A DNA stretch of 60,682 bases. Origin: an uncultured Bacilli bacterium (GTDB lineage Bacteria; Bacillota_I; Bacilli_A; RF39; UBA660). The stretch covers positions 1-60,682 of the forward strand of contig CANQDM010000002.1 in the NCBI GenBank assembly GCA_947591505.1, in the 5' to 3' direction. Position 1 is the stretch's first letter. Each line of letters starts with the position of its first letter. Made by a program: the position numbers and the translations under genes. The notes under the pieces were generated by a model that was not told where the DNA came from, did not search any database, and saw only the letters and a list, made by a program, of their open reading frames with translations. Below are positions 19,768 to 28,162 of this stretch, piece after piece.

Positions 19768-20309
19768 ATTGTATTTTCCTTCCCTATTTCATAATTTATA
19801 TCTCTACCATATAATTCCTTATTAATCCATTTAATTGTTTTTTTATTTAATTGTTTTTCATTTAATATTTCAAGTTTGTTTTCTAATATATTATTATCTC
19901 TTTTTATAAATGATATATCAGGTCGTTCCCAATATGAAGAATAATCATTAATTATATCTATAAATTCAAATGGTATATACCCATTTTGTTTAGCATCTTT
20001 TAAATTTTTATATTTATATTCTTTTATAAGATTATTATAGATATTTTTCCATTCTTCATTGGTTAAATTGATATTAACTTCTTTAATATATCCATAAGTA
20101 TTATTGCTACCATTTTCAACATATTCTTTAATTAGATTTAGTGCATTATCTTTATTAAATTCAATTCCATATTCTTCACACCATAACCCATTACATATGT
20201 CTGCATAGCAAGCAAATGGACAACAATTCCAAGTTTCTTTTAGCTCTTCTTTATTGTTTCTATCAAATGTAAAACCAATATTAAAAAAATAACATTTTTT
20301 ATTTTTCAT
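19761..20309 (-). CDS. hypothetical Cys-rich protein (182 aa)
   Basis: WNCCPFACYADICNGLWCEEYG cluster; tiled ORF. Confidence 0.45.
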   Translation of the reverse strand: MKNKKCYFFNIGFTFDRNNKEELKETWNCCPFACYADICNGLWCEEYGIEFNKDNALNLIKEYVENGSNNTYGYIKEVNINLTNEEWKNIYNNLIKEYKYKNLKDAKQNGYIPFEFIDIINDYSSYWERPDISFIKRDNNILENKLEILNEKQLNKKTIKWINKELYGRDINYEIGKENTIC

Positions 20310-20312
20310 AGT

Positions 20313-20678
20313 TTATTTCGACATATCTAAATCATCTGAATTTTCAGTAATTTTTTGCTTATTGGTGGTTAAAAATGTAACTCGTTCAGCTATAACATCT
20401 GTTAAATAGTGAGTCTTTTTATTCTCATCTTCATATTTACTAGTTTGTAATCTTCCTTTAACACCAACTACATCACCTACTTTACAATAATCTGCTGTAG
20501 TGGATGCCACACTATTCCAAAGAACACAACGAATAAAATCCGTGTCATAAATACCATCCGAATTTTTAAAATTACGATTAACTGCAAGTACAACTGTAGT
20601 TACTTTTTTACCATCTTCTAATTCTTCAACTTTTGGATCAGTAGTTAATCTACCAACTAAAACAACATTATTCAACAT
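20313..20678 (-). CDS. ssb: single-stranded DNA-binding protein
   Basis: MLNNVVLVGRLTTDPKVEEL...FIRCVLWNSVA...GDVVGVKGRLQTSKYED is a typical OB-fold SSB; ATG at 20678 follows AGGAGG. Confidence 0.85.
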   Translation of the reverse strand: MLNNVVLVGRLTTDPKVEELEDGKKVTTVVLAVNRNFKNSDGIYDTDFIRCVLWNSVASTTADYCKVGDVVGVKGRLQTSKYEDENKKTHYLTDVIAERVTFLTTNKQKITENSDDLDMSK

Positions 20679-21156
20679 AATCCCTCCTTCTATCTTCAAT
20701 TTTTTCTATTTCTTTATCTTTAAAATCTTTTAAAATTGTATCCCCAAATGGTTTATACAATTTTAATTCTTCAATATTTACCTTAACGATTTCATATTTT
20801 TTGCGTTTATAATTTATAATATCAATAGTATTTGAAAGTATATTTAATTCTTTCAATTTCTTAATTATTTCTTTATTTTTAAAACTTGGATTTATAGCCA
20901 CTTTATTATCAAAACTTTTAAGTTGTGGTATATGTTCAGTTAATGTTTCACTATGATTACTATCATAACGAACATCAATTAATAATGAACTTTTCATTCC
21001 ATTATCCCAACTAACTTGACCACCTACTGATAAGCCAATTCTTTTACCATTTATAAAAATTTTTTTAGCGGAATCATCCATAATAGAAGATTCATATTCA
21101 TCTATCACTACTTGATAAATATCATCATTATTTTTTTCCACTTTTTTCTCCATCAT
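20668..21156 (-). CDS. hypothetical protein (162 aa)
   Basis: Tiled ORF. Confidence 0.45.
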   Translation of the reverse strand: MMEKKVEKNNDDIYQVVIDEYESSIMDDSAKKIFINGKRIGLSVGGQVSWDNGMKSSLLIDVRYDSNHSETLTEHIPQLKSFDNKVAINPSFKNKEIIKKLKELNILSNTIDIINYKRKKYEIVKVNIEELKLYKPFGDTILKDFKDKEIEKIEDRRRDYVE

Positions 21157-21361
21157 TTATTAAATAAAAAAACACAGATGATTCTAATACATCACATATA
21201 TTTAACATATCAAAAAAATCTGGATTTGATATTTTTCCTTTTTCTATATCTTCGATTGTTTCTTTATCTACTTTTGACAATTTTGATAGTCTATTTAAAG
21301 ACATTCCCCACGATAATCTTTCTCTTTTTATCATTTTACCTACATTTTTTATCCATTTCAT
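21128..21361 (-). CDS. Xre-type HTH protein
   Basis: MSLNRLSKLSKVDKETIEDIEKGKISNP helix-turn-helix pattern. Confidence 0.55.
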   Translation of the reverse strand: MKWIKNVGKMIKRERLSWGMSLNRLSKLSKVDKETIEDIEKGKISNPDFFDMLNICDVLESSVFFYLINDGEKSGKK

Positions 21362-21389
21362 ATAACCCCCTATATTTTAAAAAGGAAAG

Positions 21390-22385
21390 CTAATTTAAAT
21401 TAACTTTCCTATAACTTTTTAGATCTACATAAAGCATTGCATCTAATAATGTGCCTTTTTCATCTTTTAATCCTAAATGTAAATGTGGTCCAGTTGATTT
21501 TCCTGTTGTTGATGTTCTGCCCAATAAATCACCAACTCTTACTATTGAACCAACCCTTATATTAAGTGGTTGACTATGATATTGAAGATGATGATAAATA
21601 GCAATAAAACCATTGTTACATTTAACATTCATATAATTACCAGTTTTATTACCAGATTTACCATACGGTAAATCATTATTTTGAGTATTTGTAATATTAG
21701 TTACAATACCATTACAAATACTATAAAAATTTGTTCCAATAGGGACAGAAAAATCCCAACCAGAATGAAAATCCGTAGTTGGTTCTTCACCATCTTTGAA
21801 ATCAATAGTTCTATGTTTAAAGACATATGAAGAAACAGTAAAGTTTGTTTTTAAAGGAAAAGAAAAAGGTAAGGTATAAATTGATTCATCATACTCTTTA
21901 CTTGTAGTTATATCTTCACCATTGTCATTACATAAATCTATTACATCTATTTGGATTCCATTATTATTTGTACCATTTTCTACTGTAAATTCTGGTAATG
22001 TATCATCTTTTTTTAATTGTTTACAAATTGTTTTTATTGGTATCATTTGTTTTTCATCTATATCAAGATTCTTTAAATATGCTTCTTCCCATACATCAAA
22101 ACTTAAAGTTGAAGTATCTAATATGTTATTTACTCTTTGAAGATAAAAGACTAATCTTTCTAATGAAACATAGCCATCTTCTATTAGATGCTTATCTAAA
22201 AGCTCCGTATATGTATCAGCATATATTTGATTATTTATTACATTTGTTTTACTTCTCATGTTATCGATTTTATCCTCTTCAAACGATTTACCTGCTATTA
22301 TTCCTGCAATTATTACCACAAGAAGAAAAAACGGAAATATTACTATAATTATGGGCGAAAAAATCATAATTAATTTTTTAAACAT
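21390..22385 (-). CDS. membrane-anchored M23 (LytM-type) peptidoglycan hydrolase
   Basis: N-terminal TM helix; FHSGWDF (HxxxD) and GPHLHLGL (HxH) zinc motifs. Confidence 0.8.
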   Translation of the reverse strand: MFKKLIMIFSPIIIVIFPFFLLVVIIAGIIAGKSFEEDKIDNMRSKTNVINNQIYADTYTELLDKHLIEDGYVSLERLVFYLQRVNNILDTSTLSFDVWEEAYLKNLDIDEKQMIPIKTICKQLKKDDTLPEFTVENGTNNNGIQIDVIDLCNDNGEDITTSKEYDESIYTLPFSFPLKTNFTVSSYVFKHRTIDFKDGEEPTTDFHSGWDFSVPIGTNFYSICNGIVTNITNTQNNDLPYGKSGNKTGNYMNVKCNNGFIAIYHHLQYHSQPLNIRVGSIVRVGDLLGRTSTTGKSTGPHLHLGLKDEKGTLLDAMLYVDLKSYRKVNLN

Positions 22386-22388
22386 AAA

Positions 22389-24866
22389 TTAATCACTTGT
22401 TCCGTATGGATAGTCATCAGATTCACCCATATAATATAATTGCAAAGGCGTTGCCAAAACATGTACTCTAATTCTATTTTTATTAGTAATATTTATTAAA
22501 AAATATCCTTGGGTACATGTAATTAAAAATTTCTTTTGAGTTTCGGTTAATGGCTCATTTGCATATATTTTTTCTACATCCTGAACAGCTCGATCATCTA
22601 ACAATCCAGTTGCTTTATATTGACAAACACCAAATAAATTTGATGCATATCTTAAAATACCACTAGAACTTGTTAAATCTGATGGTTGTTGAGTTGCAAC
22701 TACTATCCCTGCACTATACTTCCTTAATCTTCTTGACATTTCACCAAAGTATTTTAATAAAGTAGGATTGTCTTCATCTACAAAACAATGAAATTCATCC
22801 ACCACAAATAAAATATTTTGTTTTTTATTTGTCTTATCATTTTTCTTCTTATTATCAACAATTACATTATTTAAATATGTAAGTAAATTAATCATTTGAG
22901 TATTTACTAATCTTTTATTAGTATTTGATAAACCCTGTAAGTTAAATGTAATTAAATCATTACTTAAATCAATAGTTGTTATTCCATTATATAAATTACC
23001 ATCTTGACCTGTTACTAGTCTTTTTAATAGTATTTCAATATTGACTAATATTTTTTGCAATTCAGCATTTTTAACTTGTTTTTGTTGTTCTAATAAATAT
23101 GCATACAAATCAGAAAAAATTGGATAATCCTTCGGTGTCATTTTTTCAAACTCTTCTATTGTAGTTTGTTTTGTTATACCCCTAGTGTTATAAAATTTTT
23201 CAATTATATCTAATAACACAACCAACTCTTTTTCTGAAATATTTTCAAATGCAGTAGTAAAGAAATTTTCTAAGAATCCTAGATGTTTACCTAAAATAGA
23301 AGTTTCATCTTCATCATCACTAGAAATATATCTTACTTGTAGTGGATTAATTAAACTTTTATTTGAGAGATCAATATATTCTCCACCACATCTATTTGTA
23401 AGTTTCTCTAATTCATTTTCCATATCAAATAGAAATAATTTAGTGCCTCTTGCAAACTCTTGTGTAATTAAAAGTTTTAAGAAAAAACTCTTTCCACTAC
23501 CAGTTGTACCAATTACACTCATATTATGCCCTGTTCTATTTTTACTTAATGTAAAAAGATCGAAAAAGGTTGGAAGTCTATAACTACAGTCTTCTCCTAT
23601 AAACCATCCAGTTTTATCATTATGATAATTTTCAGTAAAGAAAAATGTTGCACCAAGTGTTAAAGTTGGTAAATACATAGCATAACTTGGTAACCCTTTA
23701 TCAGTTAATTCGAAGCCTTGCCAAGCCTCCATTTGCCTCAACATAGGTACATCTACTTTTATTTGAAATAAATCCGCATTTGCTTTTATTTCTTTTATTA
23801 TCTCTTCTCTTTCTTTTTTAGTACCACTAATTGCTAATATAATTGATACTTCTTTTATTTTCTCATCATTTGCTGATATTTGTTCAATTAACATTTTATA
23901 ATTACTCATCAAATTTTGCATTTCAGTAACATCACTTAAATTTTTTGAAGAATTATAATCAGCTAATACAGCTTTAAAACTACTATTTAAAACATTTAAT
24001 AACTTTGATTGCTCTATTGTATCTTTTATTGTTATAGATGCTTTAACATTTGGTAAATTTATAATTCTATCCAAAAAACCATTTTCTACGAAAAGAGGAT
24101 AATTTTTAATCGACACCATTTGAACTTCTTGATCATCTATTTTTAAATATGATGGTAATTCACTTATCTTTACTGGAGATAATAAATCCATAAAATCATA
24201 ATACATTATTTGATCTAGATTAATATTTGCATAATATAAGTTTGAGAATATTTTTACTAATATTTTCTTATTATCTATAAATTCTATATCTAATTTAGGT
24301 ACTACTTCACTACATATTCTTTCAAAGTCTTCTCTAGCTTTATCCAAAGATTCTTTATTATTGCAAATAATAGCAAAATAATAAGAACTTGCAGATGTTA
24401 AATTTTCTGTTTCAATAGAATCAATGAAACCATAATTATTTATTAATAAATCTCTTCTGGCTTCATTATTATAATTTTCATTAATTAAATTCTCATAATT
24501 TTCTTTATTTATATTTAAATTAATTTTTTCATCAAATTTATAAGCCTTAATAACATAAGGTAATCTATACAATTTAGATAAAGTATGAAAAAATATTCTC
24601 TGCTCATTATCACTTGTTAATGATAAATCAATTGGATTAACTTTATAAAACACAGCATATTGATTTGTTTTTAATTCAATAATTCCATTATCATTAATTG
24701 CTTTTAAATTTAAAAAAATCTGAGAATTTCCCATTTTTCTTTTTAAAGATTTTGCAGTTACAAATTGAGAATTTTGTCTTAATTTAAACTTATTTATTAA
24801 ATTTGATTCTTTCTTTTTTAACTTTTCATTTTTAGCTTCACTTATTATAATTTCACCCCCTTTCAA
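22389..24866 (-). CDS. VirB4-family conjugative T4SS ATPase
   Basis: 825 aa, Walker A GTTGSGKSFF, Walker B LFVVDEFH; follows a small two-TM protein. Confidence 0.9.
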   Translation of the reverse strand: MKGGEIIISEAKNEKLKKKESNLINKFKLRQNSQFVTAKSLKRKMGNSQIFLNLKAINDNGIIELKTNQYAVFYKVNPIDLSLTSDNEQRIFFHTLSKLYRLPYVIKAYKFDEKINLNINKENYENLINENYNNEARRDLLINNYGFIDSIETENLTSASSYYFAIICNNKESLDKAREDFERICSEVVPKLDIEFIDNKKILVKIFSNLYYANINLDQIMYYDFMDLLSPVKISELPSYLKIDDQEVQMVSIKNYPLFVENGFLDRIINLPNVKASITIKDTIEQSKLLNVLNSSFKAVLADYNSSKNLSDVTEMQNLMSNYKMLIEQISANDEKIKEVSIILAISGTKKEREEIIKEIKANADLFQIKVDVPMLRQMEAWQGFELTDKGLPSYAMYLPTLTLGATFFFTENYHNDKTGWFIGEDCSYRLPTFFDLFTLSKNRTGHNMSVIGTTGSGKSFFLKLLITQEFARGTKLFLFDMENELEKLTNRCGGEYIDLSNKSLINPLQVRYISSDDEDETSILGKHLGFLENFFTTAFENISEKELVVLLDIIEKFYNTRGITKQTTIEEFEKMTPKDYPIFSDLYAYLLEQQKQVKNAELQKILVNIEILLKRLVTGQDGNLYNGITTIDLSNDLITFNLQGLSNTNKRLVNTQMINLLTYLNNVIVDNKKKNDKTNKKQNILFVVDEFHCFVDEDNPTLLKYFGEMSRRLRKYSAGIVVATQQPSDLTSSSGILRYASNLFGVCQYKATGLLDDRAVQDVEKIYANEPLTETQKKFLITCTQGYFLINITNKNRIRVHVLATPLQLYYMGESDDYPYGTSD

Positions 24867-25138
24867 TCCTTTATTAAATAATAATTTTTACATTTAAACA
24901 AGTATTTTACAAAGAGGAAAAATAATCCATACATTCTATTACATTTACTATAATCTATTGGAATTAAACACATAGCACCAATAGAAATGACTACAATACC
25001 TGTTGTATAGTAGCCAAGTAAAAATAGAAAAGTAAAAATCATAATAAATATTGCTCCAATAACAAGATCCTTGATTTCTAAATTAAATAACCCTAAATTT
25101 CTCTTAATACTTTTAAGCGTAATATACAATAACATCAC
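24863..25138 (-). CDS. VirB3/PrgI-like small membrane protein
   Basis: 91 aa, two hydrophobic helices, 4-nt overlap with the VirB4 gene. Confidence 0.5.
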   Translation of the reverse strand: MMLLYITLKSIKRNLGLFNLEIKDLVIGAIFIMIFTFLFLLGYYTTGIVVISIGAMCLIPIDYSKCNRMYGLFFLFVKYLFKCKNYYLIKD

Positions 25139-25143
25139 CCCTT

Positions 25144-26799
25144 TTATAATCTATCTTTATCATAATTTTTAATATTTGGTCTTGATCGATATCTTTGCGC
25201 ATTTGGATTTGCTAAATATCTAAAACTTCCAACAATACCACCAAAACCAGATTTAATATTATTAATACCTTCTCTAGCAGTATCTAAACCATTTTTAAAA
25301 TACTCTGGATTATATTTGCCTTTTTCAAAATCCCATTGATTTGCAATTTTTTCCATATTTGCTTCTCCACGAGATTCTAACATTCTACCATAAGATCTTG
25401 CAAACGGATTACTACTACTTTGATATTCTTTAGCTCTTGCAAGTGTTGCTTCGCCTTTACTTTTAGCTTTTTGCATTTTACTAGCTATTCCAGAATTTGC
25501 TTTTGGATATATACTTGCTACTCCACGATACAAGCCTTTAGGTACTTTTGAAGCACCTTGTACAAATTGACCTAAACCTTTACCTACTTTATATGCACCA
25601 ACACCTGATGCTACACCGACTCCAGCACCACCTAAAAGTAAATGACCTGCCGATTTTGCACTACCACTTAAACCATGTAATGCTATCATCATATCTCTTC
25701 CGGTATTGCCTGACACATTATCACCTATAAATCTAGTTAATGAATTGCAACCTGTCATTAGCATTATTGCACAACCAAGATATAAAACAGTTTGAGCAAC
25801 CAGTTTTGTAAATCCATCCATTGCATTTATTTCTGGACTATTTTGAATTGCATTAAACATTATAGATGTAAGACCAATTAATAACATTAATGCCCCTGCC
25901 TGAAGTATTAATGAAGCTAATTGTTGATACAATGATGACCTTTGTTCTTTTCTTCCAACACTACTTGCTATAACTAGCGGTGAAATAACCATTAAAAACG
26001 CTAATTCTAACTGCCTCTTTCCTAACATTAAAACTGAAAAGCCTATTGCAAATAAAAAGATTACACCTATTACTATTCCAAATAAGAAATTATAATTAAA
26101 TGCATAATCTTCTCCATCATTCCATATTCCTTTTTCATATATCTGACATCTAAAAGATAAAGAGTCACTATCTGTTACTTGTGAAACAGTTAGTTTACCA
26201 CCTCTAATTAGTTTTTCAAAATCTTCCATTGTTTTTGCTGAATCTACTTTCGAATAATCTTCCAAAAGTTCTTTTAACTCTTTAACATTATCCTCATCTA
26301 CTGATTCGCCACCATCTATCTTATAACATTTTTCATTTATTGATAAATATGATGTTTTCATTTTATCACCAATAGTTGAATCTTTAACATTGAAATTATT
26401 ATAAATTGCATTTGATAAATTAATTCCAATATCTATTGTTATATTAAAAAGCATATATATGCTTATTATCAAAAAGCCACATTTAACAATTTCTTTTACT
26501 ATTTCAAACATTGGTTGTTCATTATTATCAGCATCTAATATTTTAAATGTTATTTTCCAAACAGAAAATAAAAATAACACAATAAATGCTAAAATAAAAA
26601 AAGCATTAAATATTTTTGTAAATGGTGAATTTTCTATTTTTGCTAATAGTTGTATAAAATTCATACTATTTATACTATGAGCCACATTATATAATACATC
26701 TATTGTATCAAATAACATATTTATTAGACTCATACCTATATTTCTTAAAATATCCAAAACACCAAACTTTATATCATCACCAATACTTAAAAAAAGCAT
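25144..26799 (-). CDS. polytopic T4SS membrane protein (VirB6/TrbL-like)
   Basis: Multiple TM helices plus Gly-rich C-terminal region; position between VirB2-like and VirB3/VirB4 genes. Confidence 0.55.
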   Translation of the reverse strand: MLFLSIGDDIKFGVLDILRNIGMSLINMLFDTIDVLYNVAHSINSMNFIQLLAKIENSPFTKIFNAFFILAFIVLFLFSVWKITFKILDADNNEQPMFEIVKEIVKCGFLIISIYMLFNITIDIGINLSNAIYNNFNVKDSTIGDKMKTSYLSINEKCYKIDGGESVDEDNVKELKELLEDYSKVDSAKTMEDFEKLIRGGKLTVSQVTDSDSLSFRCQIYEKGIWNDGEDYAFNYNFLFGIVIGVIFLFAIGFSVLMLGKRQLELAFLMVISPLVIASSVGRKEQRSSLYQQLASLILQAGALMLLIGLTSIMFNAIQNSPEINAMDGFTKLVAQTVLYLGCAIMLMTGCNSLTRFIGDNVSGNTGRDMMIALHGLSGSAKSAGHLLLGGAGVGVASGVGAYKVGKGLGQFVQGASKVPKGLYRGVASIYPKANSGIASKMQKAKSKGEATLARAKEYQSSSNPFARSYGRMLESRGEANMEKIANQWDFEKGKYNPEYFKNGLDTAREGINNIKSGFGGIVGSFRYLANPNAQRYRSRPNIKNYDKDRL

Positions 26800-26806
26800 A
26801 ATACCT

Positions 26807-27145
26807 TTATTCTAATGTATCAATAACAAAATTAATTATACTTGGTACTAGTATTAATAATGCAACTCCTGCTAATGTATATATAATTGTCTTTTTCTTT
26901 CTTTGCTTAGTTTCATCATCACCAATAATAAATTGAATAACAAAAACTACTAGAGCTATAAATGAAATTATAACTCCAAATATTTGAATCCTAGTAGCTA
27001 AATTTTTTATAATAGAACCTAGCGCTTCAATAGTTATATTGCCACCTTCTATTTTTTCTACTGCATATACTGGATTTAAAAAAGAAAAAGCACACATAAA
27101 GAAAGCATAAAATTTTAATATTTTACTTTTTATTCTTTTATTCAC
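26807..27145 (-). CDS. small secreted membrane protein (VirB2/TrbC-like candidate)
   Basis: Signal-like N-terminus ending VYA, then two long hydrophobic helices; 112 aa. Confidence 0.45.
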   Translation of the reverse strand: MNKRIKSKILKFYAFFMCAFSFLNPVYAVEKIEGGNITIEALGSIIKNLATRIQIFGVIISFIALVVFVIQFIIGDDETKQRKKKTIIYTLAGVALLILVPSIINFVIDTLE

Positions 27146-27155
27146 ATTACCCCCT

Positions 27156-27752
27156 TTACAAAGATTTTTCTATTTGTTTATCTAAACTTTCATAATAATT
27201 TAAAATCATATTTAAATTATTCTTTAATAAATCTGATTCTTCAGTTTCGGATTTAACTTTTAAATCTTCAATTAATCCTTTATTATTTTTATCAAAAGTA
27301 TATACTCCATCATATAATGAACATCCTGTATTATTATCTACTATTATATAAACTATGCCATCTTCTAATGTATCATTTTTACTTCTATCTTCTTTATCTT
27401 GTTCTTTTGTTAGTTTATCAAGAGTTTCTAACGAATATCTACTACAAGGAATATTAACATCACTAGTCTTTAATACTATAGCTACTATATCTAACTCCAA
27501 GTCATCAACCTCCCTATTAAATTTAAATTTTATTTTTCTAGCCTCTTCTTCATTTAATTTTATATAATCTTGTTTACTCAATTTTGAATCAATGGAAGAG
27601 AAAACAGATACTTTATTAGCATCTGTTTTCATATAAAATTCCAATGTTCCATTTTTATTATTTCCATAATATTTAAATTCTAAATTAGACATATTATATA
27701 AATTAATTAATTCATCTAGGCTATATATTCTATCTTTATCTATCTCTATCAT
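27156..27752 (-). CDS. hypothetical protein (198 aa)
   Basis: Tiled ORF. Confidence 0.45.
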   Translation of the reverse strand: MIEIDKDRIYSLDELINLYNMSNLEFKYYGNNKNGTLEFYMKTDANKVSVFSSIDSKLSKQDYIKLNEEEARKIKFKFNREVDDLELDIVAIVLKTSDVNIPCSRYSLETLDKLTKEQDKEDRSKNDTLEDGIVYIIVDNNTGCSLYDGVYTFDKNNKGLIEDLKVKSETEESDLLKNNLNMILNYYESLDKQIEKSL

Positions 27753-28162
27753 TATTTTGTTATTTCTGTATCAGTTTCTTCAAGGCTATCTTCATTATCA
27801 ACTGTTTTTTCTAAATCAAGGTTTTCAAATTTATCGACTTTATCTTCATTATAAAAAATAGTTGCTGGCTTGCCTTCTCTAACAATTTTAGATGTTTTAC
27901 CTATACTATGACCTGTTACACAAATCTTTGATCCTTTTTTAGATGCCTCACATAATTTTTCAGCATTTTCTTCCCATAAAGTATAATATAAGTGTTTAGA
28001 ATTATTTATACCTTCAACTGATAAAGTTATATTTACATATTTTATCCCAGTTGGTGTTTCTTTTAATTCCGGATCTTTAGTTAATGTGCCAATCGCATAA
28101 AAACAATTATTCTTATTTTTATCATTAATAGTTTCTTTTTTCTTAGTTGCCTTTTTTGCCAT
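27752..28162 (-). CDS. second SSB-like OB-fold protein
   Basis: NCFYAIGTLTKDPELKETPTGIKYVNITLSVEG...LWEENAEKL...KGSKICVTGH follows the SSB pattern. Confidence 0.55.
   Translation of the reverse strand: MAKKATKKKETINDKNKNNCFYAIGTLTKDPELKETPTGIKYVNITLSVEGINNSKHLYYTLWEENAEKLCEASKKGSKICVTGHSIGKTSKIVREGKPATIFYNEDKVDKFENLDLEKTVDNEDSLEETDTEITK

Noticed and set aside
21998-22348. 116-aa and 72-aa plus-strand ORFs inside the M23 peptidase gene (likewise 109..372, 2639..2848, 5143..5352, 6263..6454, 11883..12089, 13537..13743, 14190..14375, 15312..15539, 16162..16350, 21112..21393, 25548..25730, 26459..26680, 27355..27567, 30244..30477, 31415..31636, 31727..31918, 50498..50824, 53022..53243, 57285..57572)
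   Set aside because: All are antisense shadows of well-supported minus-strand genes.
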